Notes: generated from the sequence alone by a model not told the origin. A stretch of 13,209 nt of DNA from Armatimonadota bacterium (GCA_038248345.1 JBBRXO010000076.1:1-13209); one strand, 5' to 3'; numbered from the stretch's first letter, positions 1 to 8,466 are shown. A program made the numbers and translations.

Positions 1-258
1 ATTGCAGCCCTAGTACAGGGTGACCCCGCCGGTATCGCCGCTAGCCTTACTAACGATTTGCAAGTAACAGCCTTCCGTCTGTTGCCAGAGTTGGCGCTCT
101 TACGTGATAAAATGTTGGCCGCTGGTTGTCTGGGAGCGTTGTTGAGCGGTAGCGGCAGTGCGCTTTTTGGCATCTGCCCCGACGAAGAAACCGCGTCGAA
201 AGTGGAGCAGAGGCTGCAGCACCAGGGTCTGTGGACGTGGAGCGGAAAGATGGGGTAG
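1..258 (+). CDS. ispE: 4-diphosphocytidyl-2-C-methyl-D-erythritol kinase, C-terminal part (5'-truncated by the window)
   Basis: Frame 1 is open from base 1: IAALVQGDPAGIAASLTNDLQVTAFRLLPELALLRDKMLAAGCLGALLSGSGSALFGICPDEETA...*. The NDL(Q/E) motif and GAxxSGSGSxxFG are typical of the IspE GHMP-kinase C-terminal domain. Confidence 0.88.
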   Translation: MAALVQGDPAGIAASLTNDLQVTAFRLLPELALLRDKMLAAGCLGALLSGSGSALFGICPDEETASKVEQRLQHQGLWTWSGKMG

Positions 259-283
259 GGGAGTGCCCGTTGCGCCACCCCCC
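255..283 (+). repeat. Degenerate GTAG-type REP-like palindrome, possibly a terminator between convergent genes
   Basis: GTAG-GGGAGTG-CCCGTTGCGC-CACCCCCC. GGGG(258-261) pairs with CCCC(280-283) and GTG with CAC. The GTAG contains the ispE TAG stop. Confidence 0.4.
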
Positions 284-295
284 GCGTGACCTGTG

Positions 296-2254
296 TTATT
301 TTTGTTGGTTTCGAAAGATTTTCGCTACCGCCAGCGCCGCTGGTTTGGGGCGCCCCCAGAAGTCAATAATTGACGTGTTGGTAGCACAGGGGAAGCTGTC
401 GTGGCCCATCCAGAGGATCACCCCACCGATGCCCGGGAAGCGTGTTTTGCATGACCCAACTGCCAGTGACAAAATCGTGGTCTGCCGGGCTTGGCTCCAC
501 ATTACATATTCCTCCAGGCTTTCCGGCTCATGTCCTTGTTCTTTGATGAAGACATCCCATTCCAACCACCAGTAGAACCGTCGCCAGAGGGGCGAGTCCA
601 TAGTACCGGGGGCTACTGCCAGGCCGCCAGCATAGTGCCGAATGATATCTGCGCCGCAAGCGCCGGGTGCGCCCGTCTCCGAGCGGAACAGGGCGTCATC
701 CTGTTGCCAGTAGGCTGCCCAATCTTCGGGGTTTTCCCCGGGGCCATTCCATGGGCCATGGACATCCCAGTTCAAACCTTGTCCAAATTCTTTCATATCT
801 GCGATGAAACGGGGGCCGGAAGCAGACGATGGCATAAAGCGCCGGCCTGGATCTTCCCGTGTTACTAGATCCTGCCAACGTTGCATCAGTGGGTGATCCA
901 TGGTGACGGGAATACCGACGCCAGTTTTACTGCCTTTTGTTCCTTCTTGTAGCTCATTGCCACCGCACCACATCAATAATGCTGCATGGTGTTGACGTCG
1001 AATGATATACGACTCGGCGATCTGCACGAGTGTATCCATACTTGGTTCATCTTCATGGGGCCAGTTTTCATGCCCGGAGGAGCAGAGGGAGAATTCCTGC
1101 CAGACTAGAATGCCATGCTTGTCGCAGAGCTGATAAAACCATTCTTTCTCCAGATAAGCGCCGCCCCATACGCGAAAGATATTGCAGCCAAGCGCCACAT
1201 ATTGCTCGATTAGCTTTTGATAGTGCTCTTCGGTAAGGTCGGCAAAGGTAGGTAGAATTGGTGTCCAGTCAATCCCTTGCAAGAAAAGTGGTTGTCCATT
1301 GACGACACATATCCAGGGATCTGCATCGATTGGAGCACCGGCGCACGCTTGCCAGTCGATATGCTTAAAGCCTATCGTCCGCTGCTCAACGTCGAGGCAA
1401 GTAGCATTATTATCATGTAGTTCAGCTGTAATAGTATATAGTGGCTGGCTACCAGTTCCATTAGGCCACCAGGCGGCGACGGGGAGGGCAGACCATTCTA
1501 CACCAGTGGCGAACTCATGGGCAGAAAGTACCGCGGAGCGCAAGATAGTTTCACCATCGCGTAGCGTTAAGGATACCATATCTCCGGTAGCTGTACCCTT
1601 GAGCCATAATGTTCCGGTCGCAGTAGCCAGGTCATAATCCGAACGGCAGCGGAAGCTTTCAATTTCTGCATCGTTGATTATCTGCACTGTCACCGGCTCC
1701 CAGGGGCCAATCTGCACGATGCGGGGAATCCAATCCCACGTGTAGTTGAAACGAGGTTTCCAATCCTTCATCTGTGAGGTGTAGCCAATTTGCCCAAGCC
1801 AGCGTGGTGGCAGCTCAAAGATCAAATGGAGTTTGTTTTCGGTCGGATGTACATCATCGGTGAGGTCGAACTGATAGGGGATGAAAGCGTTGTTAAAAGT
1901 ACCTACCTGCTTACTGTTGAACACCACGACGCCATTGCCATCCAGCCCATCGCAGTTCAACACCACGCGGCTACCGTCGGTGAACCACTCGTCTGGAAGA
2001 ATAGCAGTAAACATCCACTCGCGATGTTCAATCCACTCACAGTCGCGGGAGTTGAGTCCAACGAACCAATCGGGAAGCACACCTGCAGCCCGTAGCGCTC
2101 CTTGCACCGATCCGGGCACCTGCACTGGTACCGCAGGTATCTCTGGTTCCATAATAAAACCAAGTTCCATCGACTTAGCCATCCATGCTGTCGGTAAATA
2201 GCCGCTTACCGTCCAGGCGAGTTCTACCAGGTTATACGTTTTTTTGGCAGACAT
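296..2254 (-). CDS. Glycoside hydrolase family 2, beta-mannosidase-like, cytoplasmic
   Basis: 652 aa. N-terminal sugar-binding domain motifs (VPGSVQ..L, CDGLD, NAFIPYQFD), WDW motif (NYTWDWIPR), LFLQGIDW, RVWGG, FYQLCDKHGILVWQEF, WCGGNE (acid/base Glu), FRSETG (nucleophile Glu), DFWGRPK. SD GGAAGGA 5 nt before the ATG. No signal peptide. Confidence 0.9.
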   Translation of the reverse strand: MSAKKTYNLVELAWTVSGYLPTAWMAKSMELGFIMEPEIPAVPVQVPGSVQGALRAAGVLPDWFVGLNSRDCEWIEHREWMFTAILPDEWFTDGSRVVLNCDGLDGNGVVVFNSKQVGTFNNAFIPYQFDLTDDVHPTENKLHLIFELPPRWLGQIGYTSQMKDWKPRFNYTWDWIPRIVQIGPWEPVTVQIINDAEIESFRCRSDYDLATATGTLWLKGTATGDMVSLTLRDGETILRSAVLSAHEFATGVEWSALPVAAWWPNGTGSQPLYTITAELHDNNATCLDVEQRTIGFKHIDWQACAGAPIDADPWICVVNGQPLFLQGIDWTPILPTFADLTEEHYQKLIEQYVALGCNIFRVWGGAYLEKEWFYQLCDKHGILVWQEFSLCSSGHENWPHEDEPSMDTLVQIAESYIIRRQHHAALLMWCGGNELQEGTKGSKTGVGIPVTMDHPLMQRWQDLVTREDPGRRFMPSSASGPRFIADMKEFGQGLNWDVHGPWNGPGENPEDWAAYWQQDDALFRSETGAPGACGADIIRHYAGGLAVAPGTMDSPLWRRFYWWLEWDVFIKEQGHEPESLEEYVMWSQARQTTILSLAVGSCKTRFPGIGGVILWMGHDSFPCATNTSIIDFWGRPKPAALAVAKIFRNQQK

Positions 2255-2289
2255 GAAGATCCTTCCAGATGTGTTAATTTTCTGTCAAC

Positions 2290-2318
2290 AGTATACAAAT
2301 AGCTTCACCAAAGGTCAA
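2290..2318 (-). promoter_or_regulatory. sigma70-type promoter for the GH2 gene
   Basis: Minus strand TTGACC (2318-2313), 17-nt spacer, TATACT (2295-2290), 35 nt upstream of the GH2 ATG. Confidence 0.75.
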
Positions 2319-2322
2319 TATA

Positions 2323-2355
2323 TTTCTCGTCCTATGGGGGTCATAGGACGAGAAA
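2323..2355. terminator. Perfect 14-bp hairpin, likely intrinsic terminator of the large secreted-protein gene (possibly bidirectional)
   Basis: TTTCTCGTCCTATG-ggggt-CATAGGACGAGAAA, 14 nt after the stop at 2370. Flanks are T-rich (CCTTTCTTT on +, TATATTG on -). Confidence 0.7.
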
Positions 2356-2369
2356 CCTTTCTTTGGCAA

Positions 2370-5300
2370 TTACTTGATCAATCCCCAACCCCAGGTACCC
2401 GGCTCAATGCTCGCCTCACTGGGCAGATCGTAAACATTGGCGCCACCGTTGCGTGCCCAATGCATGCGGGCGACGTTGCGTTGGCCTGCGGGGTCACTGA
2501 AATTGATCGACAAGTCTAATCCGAACCGTTCACTCTTTGGCGTCATTCCCAGTTCGCTCCAAGGGATTGCCGCTTCCAGTGTATATCCATGTTCATTCAC
2601 TTTCACTACCAATGATACATCGGTAAGTTGTTCTACTTTGTCCATCCATAGATCACCACTGGGCGAGCGGAAATTTACCCGCTTAGCTCCTGTTGCCACT
2701 TTCGCACGATAGGCCATCACTATTGTTTTATCATTATCCGCTCCCGGTGCGATCAGAATGCGCGTGTCACCAATACCTGGCTGGCGGTTGCCCAAAGTCG
2801 GGCCTGTCCAGATGCTTACCTCATCACCGGTTTTGAATAGGGCTGTGACATCTCCACCGGCGTTCTTCCACGGCGAGTCATCCTTCACGTCAAAGGCTGC
2901 ATACAGATTTTTATCGTCGTAGAGCAGACGAGCTGTCCCCTGGGCGTTCTCTTTCACTGCCATAGTCGCTACTGATGCGGTGGCGAATTCTCCCAGGTCA
3001 CCGTCGATCTTCATATCAGCTGGCGCATGCTTGATCGCCAATGAGCGCTCGGTAGCAGGCGTTCGTCGGGACAGCTGGTCTTTTGCAGACTGGATATCGG
3101 CTGCGGTGAGGTTGAATTCCCCTTTGAACGGAACAGCTTTCTTCTCTGTGCCCAACACCTCATATATATGGATGGCATCACTGGCCGCCATCAGGTAGAC
3201 TTTTCCTGTTTTGGGATGGGTAAAGACGCGGGTGTTGAAAAGTTCTACCCACACAGTATATGGTGATGGCGTCGGATCGCGCGTGGGGTCATCCAGTAGG
3301 GTATCTACATAGAGGCCATGTTCGACATCCCACGCATGCACCAAGCTATTCTCATCTGTCCAGAAGAGGTAACCATTTACTACTCCCGCAGGCCCGGTGG
3401 GGCAATACTGTTGTCCAGGAGCAGCGAATCCCGGCGAGCGTTCCCCAGCGTACCACAGCGGTTTTCCGGTGAGGCCGTCGTATTTCGTCAGTTGCACGAA
3501 TTCGTAATCGTGGCCATGCCCCACGCCCGGCAAGTTAGCAGCATTATAGCCGCCATTCATGGCGTAAGTCGCGCCACCTGCCGCGAAAGCAGTACGTGCA
3601 CCACTTGCTCCATGTGCCAATCCATTCCCTAGTGGTAACCCCGCATGTTCTGCCTTATCCCAGCGATAGATAGGTACTCCGTTGCGCCACTCCGAGACCG
3701 GGATACGCCATACACCGCCTGTGGCATCATCCGACCAATCGTGCATGTAGAAGTCGAACTTCTCATCGAAGTATCCTCCCCAGCCTTGTTGTGGCCCCCC
3801 GGCGGATACCGGGTAGGTGGGCTTGTCAGTTACCTGCCATTCCTCCGGTTGCTGCTTGCCATCTCCGTTGAGGTCAGACCAGGTACCTTTCAATCCAGTT
3901 TTTTTCTTCCAGTCAGTTGGCAGATAGTTGCCATCTGTCTGCTTTTCTACCCAACCGCCGTAGACTGCGGCTACGCCATGCACACGGTCATTCAATAGTT
4001 CAACGATGCCGCCGCTGCCACTACACCAGTAGGTATGCCCGTCTTTATAACGAACGCGTGGCCACCACTTTGCTGGTACCCCTGAATCTTTGTAGGCATT
4101 GATCCAGTAATGGTCTACTTTCCAATCCCCGGTAGTGTAATTGAACTTGTAGCGAATAATATCACCGTGAGTGTCGCCGTAGACATACTCTGGAATTGCC
4201 TCATCGATGCCGAACATGCCGCTATAATAATATGGCCCGTTAAATTCTTTCTCCAACTTGCCATCCGTTGACCAGCGGGTGAAGCGCTTGGGGGCGGCGC
4301 TTTCTGCTACCAATATCTTGCCGTTGCCCATGACGCATAGACCTACCGGCTGCAGGAATGATTCAGCTTGCATTGCACCACACAACGGTCGCCCGCCCAT
4401 TTTGCCTAATTTACGTACTTCTTTGCCTGTAGCATCCAGGAAAATTACTTGATGGCGTGGTGCCCAGGTGCTGACCACGAAACCGTTCTTTGTGACATCT
4501 ATGTCCCAAATATCCCCTTTGACATCAGCTACCGTGCGTCCTACTGTACCATCCGCAGCGACTTCGATGATCTTCTGTCCACTGCCAGCGAATAACTGCT
4601 CATGTGCATCAATTGCCACCCCGGAGATGCCGTCTATCTTCCACGCAGCTAGTTCCTTGCCAGTGGCCGATTCGATAACAAAGAGTGTATTGAGGGCTGG
4701 TGAAGTCAGGTACAGCTTGCCGTCATGGACCATCAGATCGGTCACCACATGCGCAGCTTCCGTATAGTCTCCGTACATAGGCTGCTTGTCCTGCTCGCTG
4801 GAATAATAGGTCGTTTTCCCAGTGGCAGCATCTACTCGCCAGAGCATCGGCCGACGCCAATCGCCGCCGTAATTTGATTGCCCCGCTGGTGCATTCATCG
4901 CTGATTCACAAGCTATGTAGACCGAGGTGCCATCGCAGGTAACAGCTGTCTGATTTGCTTTCATCCACCAGGAGAGGTGTTGTTTCCAGCGCACTTCGCC
5001 GTCCTGGCTCATGCGGATGAGCCCCCCTTCACCTTCCTCAAAAGCCCACAATACAATAATGTCGCTCTCCGGGTCGGCGGTAACCGGGCAGACATCCATA
5101 ACATAGCCCCACACCCCGCCCCAGCTTCCTTTACCATCGGCTGTGCGATACGGTGGCGTGCCGCTTTGCCCGATGCTACCGATGTAGCGGAGTGAAAACT
5201 TCGGCGCGATAATGCCGTTATAGCGATAAGTGCCTGGCGTTGCCCATTTTTCAAACAGATTGCGGCCATCCCAGGTTACTTTGTCAGTGGACGGTTGCGC

Positions 5301-7136
5301 GCTAATCAACTGGCGTACAGTGAGATCATTTGCATCGAAGATATTCAGACTCATGCGCCCGGGCACCGGCGGCTTTATCGGAATCGTTACAGCTACAATC
5401 GGAGTAGTCTCTTCACGTGGTAGTCGGTTGATTTCCGGACGCCACAATGTTGTAGTGGCTACTAATACACGTCCGTTACCATTATCTGCTATGTAGACGC
5501 CGTTCACATCGGCGGCGATGGCGTAAGGACGGTTCAACCGAGTCAATGTTGCCCCTGTCTCGCCAGGTGTCCCCAAACGTGCCAGTCTCTTGCCGGTACG
5601 GGCATCCAGTTGGTCTACAATCTGGCCTGCGGTGTCGCAGATGTAGACGTGATCGGCGGTGGCCGCTAGCCGGCGAATCCCCGTATATTTCTCTGCGCTA
5701 GACCACACAATTTGCTTTCCGTCTGGCGAGAGCGCGCTGACAGTAGTCGGCGTAGCGACGAATACCCCATCATTGTTTACCGCCAAGCCAGTTACTCCCG
5801 GCAAATCCACTCGCCAGACAGTCATCGGTGCTACCTTATCCATTAAAGGACGGTGCCAAATGGTGCCAGCTTTGGGATCAGCAAGTAGCAAGTCGTTCAA
5901 TTGTACTGCCGATTGTCCAATACTTTGCACCAGCGGCAATTCAACATCAAAATCAAGGTGCCGTGCACTGCCATTATACCCAACCATAAAACCTTTACCA
6001 GTGCGGTAGACGATCACAGAGCCGTATGGAGCCGGGGCAAGCGACAATATATTTTTGCTGTGCGCTGGGCCATCAACTTTTAGAAGTTGCCCGATAGGTT
6101 GTTCTTTGGGAAAGTTGATGGGGTGTTGAACATCGTTACTACCGAGTGTAAAATACGCAATTCCATGGAGTGCATCAGCGCCATCAATCATATCTTCAAC
6201 GTAAATCGCCCCGATACGTCGAATATATTCAAAATTTGTACCTGTCCATTTGGCTTCCACCATGCCTCCGCGACCAGCGAAGAAGTAGCGTTCCCCGTCG
6301 CGCACCATCTGGGCGGCCATGCGGATCTCTGCCACACCGGATCCGCAATCACCGGGGGCGGGCTTGGTATCGGTAATATCCATGCGCCGCACTCCGCCTT
6401 CATATCCGAAATGATAGCGCAGGTTATCGATGATCTGTCCGCCCAGTGCTTCACCTAATCGCTCTCCCTTCATCGCGTAGCGTCCCTTCCAGTTATTTCC
6501 GCCGGAGTGCTGGATGCTCATCGTGCCATCTGGTTCAACTTGGATGAAGTGGAGCCATGGACGAGTTGCGCCTTTCGGCTGGTCGAGGGTGAAGAGGGTG
6601 GTCACTTCACCGCTAATTGGGTCACAGGATATTACCGAGTATTTAAGCTCATTGGTTCGTGATTGTCCAATGACAAGTTTTCCGTCTGGGGTGAGGGTAG
6701 GCGACAATGCCCAGATGCCGAGTCCTGCCGTCACCTGCTCTACCTTCAGTTCGTTAGCATCAGCAGGTTTAGCATCGATACGAAAAAGTGCGCTACGACC
6801 AGCATTAGGATTAGTCGCAACGCAGAAGATAGCATCTCCTGCTCGTACCATGAATGAATTTGCAGTTAATCCATCCACCTTAGGCAGAGGCAAAACTGTT
6901 AAGCATTCCCCGTCCTGGTCGCAGACAGTGACTCCCTCAGTCGCGCCAGCCAGGTATAGCCTGCCTCGTGCATCAAGCGCTATCCCTGTATAAAAAGCAT
7001 AGGGCACAGGGCGGTCGCTCATGCCGGAGGTATTCCCCAAAACCCCCACCACCTCCAACTCAGCATCCTGTGCCTGCACCAGTGACATGGCCAGTACCAG
7101 GAAAATGGACAACAATAACTGAAAACGCAATAGCAT
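2370..7136 (-). CDS. Large secreted multi-domain protein: signal peptide, beta-propeller/NHL repeats, FlgD-like Ig domain, further propeller region, C-terminal CBM9/DOMON-like sugar-binding domain
   Basis: The ORF is open to 7166, but SD GGAGG (7147-7143) lies 6 nt before ATG 7136, giving 1588 aa starting MLLRFQLLLSIFLVLAMSLVQA|QD (Sec signal, VQA cleavage). NHL-like LNRPYAIAADVNGVYIADNGNGRV and FLQPVGLCVMGNGKILVAE. FlgD-like MSLNIFDANDLTVRQL...VTWDGRN...PGTYRY. DLNGDG motif. CBM9-like IDGDLGEF..LLYDDKNLYAAFDVKD..GYTLEAAIPWSELG..GLDLSINFSD. Confidence 0.85.
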   Translation of the reverse strand: MLLRFQLLLSIFLVLAMSLVQAQDAELEVVGVLGNTSGMSDRPVPYAFYTGIALDARGRLYLAGATEGVTVCDQDGECLTVLPLPKVDGLTANSFMVRAGDAIFCVATNPNAGRSALFRIDAKPADANELKVEQVTAGLGIWALSPTLTPDGKLVIGQSRTNELKYSVISCDPISGEVTTLFTLDQPKGATRPWLHFIQVEPDGTMSIQHSGGNNWKGRYAMKGERLGEALGGQIIDNLRYHFGYEGGVRRMDITDTKPAPGDCGSGVAEIRMAAQMVRDGERYFFAGRGGMVEAKWTGTNFEYIRRIGAIYVEDMIDGADALHGIAYFTLGSNDVQHPINFPKEQPIGQLLKVDGPAHSKNILSLAPAPYGSVIVYRTGKGFMVGYNGSARHLDFDVELPLVQSIGQSAVQLNDLLLADPKAGTIWHRPLMDKVAPMTVWRVDLPGVTGLAVNNDGVFVATPTTVSALSPDGKQIVWSSAEKYTGIRRLAATADHVYICDTAGQIVDQLDARTGKRLARLGTPGETGATLTRLNRPYAIAADVNGVYIADNGNGRVLVATTTLWRPEINRLPREETTPIVAVTIPIKPPVPGRMSLNIFDANDLTVRQLISAQPSTDKVTWDGRNLFEKWATPGTYRYNGIIAPKFSLRYIGSIGQSGTPPYRTADGKGSWGGVWGYVMDVCPVTADPESDIIVLWAFEEGEGGLIRMSQDGEVRWKQHLSWWMKANQTAVTCDGTSVYIACESAMNAPAGQSNYGGDWRRPMLWRVDAATGKTTYYSSEQDKQPMYGDYTEAAHVVTDLMVHDGKLYLTSPALNTLFVIESATGKELAAWKIDGISGVAIDAHEQLFAGSGQKIIEVAADGTVGRTVADVKGDIWDIDVTKNGFVVSTWAPRHQVIFLDATGKEVRKLGKMGGRPLCGAMQAESFLQPVGLCVMGNGKILVAESAAPKRFTRWSTDGKLEKEFNGPYYYSGMFGIDEAIPEYVYGDTHGDIIRYKFNYTTGDWKVDHYWINAYKDSGVPAKWWPRVRYKDGHTYWCSGSGGIVELLNDRVHGVAAVYGGWVEKQTDGNYLPTDWKKKTGLKGTWSDLNGDGKQQPEEWQVTDKPTYPVSAGGPQQGWGGYFDEKFDFYMHDWSDDATGGVWRIPVSEWRNGVPIYRWDKAEHAGLPLGNGLAHGASGARTAFAAGGATYAMNGGYNAANLPGVGHGHDYEFVQLTKYDGLTGKPLWYAGERSPGFAAPGQQYCPTGPAGVVNGYLFWTDENSLVHAWDVEHGLYVDTLLDDPTRDPTPSPYTVWVELFNTRVFTHPKTGKVYLMAASDAIHIYEVLGTEKKAVPFKGEFNLTAADIQSAKDQLSRRTPATERSLAIKHAPADMKIDGDLGEFATASVATMAVKENAQGTARLLYDDKNLYAAFDVKDDSPWKNAGGDVTALFKTGDEVSIWTGPTLGNRQPGIGDTRILIAPGADNDKTIVMAYRAKVATGAKRVNFRSPSGDLWMDKVEQLTDVSLVVKVNEHGYTLEAAIPWSELGMTPKSERFGLDLSINFSDPAGQRNVARMHWARNGGANVYDLPSEASIEPGTWGWGLIK

Positions 7137-7270
7137 CACGTGCCTCCAATATTTTGGTAGCAGCATCCTTCTGCCGCCTTTGTTCTGTATCTTCGCTAGT
7201 TGTTTACAATATCCTTCTAAATTTGAAAATGGGGTCGAACAACCAACAATGGACGCTAATGCCCCCGTGC

Positions 7271-8401
7271 TTACCCCAACCGTTTATGGAATCGCTTCAC
7301 AGAAATTGTAATTATCACTACCGCAAAGATTGCCAGCGCGAGGACTTGCGGCCAGAGGATGGCGATGCCGTTGCCTTTGAGGAAGATGCCGCGGACTATC
7401 TCCAGGTAGTACCTTAGGGGTAGCAGGTAAGTGAACCATTGGATGACCGGCGGCATGTTCTCAATGGGGAAGATGAAGCCGCCGAGGATGATGCTGGGGA
7501 GGAAGATGAAGAAAGTGCTGAGCATGGCCTCCTGCTGGGTGTGCGAGACGGTGCTGATGAACAGCCCTAGCCCCAGGCCGCACAGGATGAAGACGCTACT
7601 GACCAGGTAGAGGAAGAGGAGCGAACCGGCGAAGCCCACGTGGAAGACGTTCATGCCGACAAGTAGCACCAGCGTGAGATCGATATAGGCCACCAGGAAG
7701 AAGGGGAGCGTCTTACCCAGAATCAACTCTAGCGGGGTGATGGGGGTGACTACCAGTTGTTCCAGCGTGCCCTGCTCCTTCTCGCGCACGATGGCGAAGG
7801 AGGTGAGCAGGATGGTGACCAGCAGCAGTATGTCACACATTACCCCCGGCACCATGAAGTTGACGCTCTTCAGGTCGGGGTTGTACCAGGCACGCAGACG
7901 AGGCTCCAGCGCGGGCAGGCGCGCGGCGCCGCCGACGCGCTCGAGCCGCTCGGTGATGATGCCCGCCTCATATTCGCGCACCACCTGGCTGACATAGCCG
8001 GAGACGACGCTGGCGGTGACGGAATCGGTGCCGTCGATGAGGGTCTGCAACTGCGCGGTGCGCCCCTGGCTGATGTCATCAGCGAAACCACGGGGGATAA
8101 CCAGCACCAGCATCACCTTGCCGGTATCGAGGGCCGTGTTCGCGCGCTGCGGGCTGTCGATATCCATTGTGTGGGTGAAGTAGCCGGAGCTGAAGATATG
8201 GTCGACCAGCGTGCGGCTGGCCTGCGTCTTATCCTGATCGAGTATAGCTGTGTAGACGTTGTTGACATCGGTAGTGACCGCGTAGCCGAAGAGGAAGAGC
8301 ATCAGTACAGGCGAGACGAGCACGATCCCCAGCGAGCGTTTATCACGCAAAAGCTGGATCAATTCCTTCTTCATTAGGCTCCATAGACGGCGTAGGTTCA
8401 T
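7271..8401 (-). CDS. ABC-2 type transporter permease (YbhR-like)
   Basis: 376 aa. KKELIQLLRD N-terminus, LFGYAV..DV, periplasmic loop, WYNPDL, IVREKEQGTLEQLVVTP, LILGK..P, GFIFPIENMP; about 6 TM helices. Confidence 0.93.
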   Translation of the reverse strand: MNLRRLWSLMKKELIQLLRDKRSLGIVLVSPVLMLFLFGYAVTTDVNNVYTAILDQDKTQASRTLVDHIFSSGYFTHTMDIDSPQRANTALDTGKVMLVLVIPRGFADDISQGRTAQLQTLIDGTDSVTASVVSGYVSQVVREYEAGIITERLERVGGAARLPALEPRLRAWYNPDLKSVNFMVPGVMCDILLLVTILLTSFAIVREKEQGTLEQLVVTPITPLELILGKTLPFFLVAYIDLTLVLLVGMNVFHVGFAGSLLFLYLVSSVFILCGLGLGLFISTVSHTQQEAMLSTFFIFLPSIILGGFIFPIENMPPVIQWFTYLLPLRYYLEIVRGIFLKGNGIAILWPQVLALAIFAVVIITISVKRFHKRLG

Positions 8402-8456
8402 AGTTTATAGTTCCTAGTTTCTAGTTTCTAGTTCCTAGTTTCTAGTTTCTTGTTTT
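8401..8456. repeat. Heptamer tandem repeat TAGTTYC, ~8 units (GAAACTA/GGAACTA on the coding strand)
   Basis: tagttta tagttcc tagtttc tagtttc tagttcc tagtttc tagtttc ttgtttt. The 21-bp unit tagttcc-tagtttc-tagtttc occurs twice exactly (8408-8428, 8429-8449). Confidence 0.95.
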
Positions 8457-8466
8457 GAATCTCTCA

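Noticed and set aside
58..258. 66-aa ORF as an independent small gene
   Set aside because: The frame is open from base 1 and is the C-terminus of IspE.
2239..2245. A7 run at the start of the GH2 gene as a phase-variation tract
   Set aside because: Short, in frame, and explained by Lys-Lys codons in an A-rich 5' end.
7137..7166. Upstream ATG at 7166 as start of the large protein
   Set aside because: ATG 7136 has a well-spaced GGAGG and gives a cleaner signal peptide; 7166 is less favoured but not excluded.
7202..7211. GTTTACAATA shared with 13082-13091 as a common regulatory motif
   Set aside because: Only a 10-bp AT-rich match in two places, and the second copy is explained as a -10 box; not enough evidence.
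7757..8377. 206-aa plus-strand ORF, and the other antisense or nested ORFs in the track
   Set aside because: They lie wholly on or opposite well-supported genes and show no recognisable motifs; typical shadow ORFs of GC-biased coding DNA.
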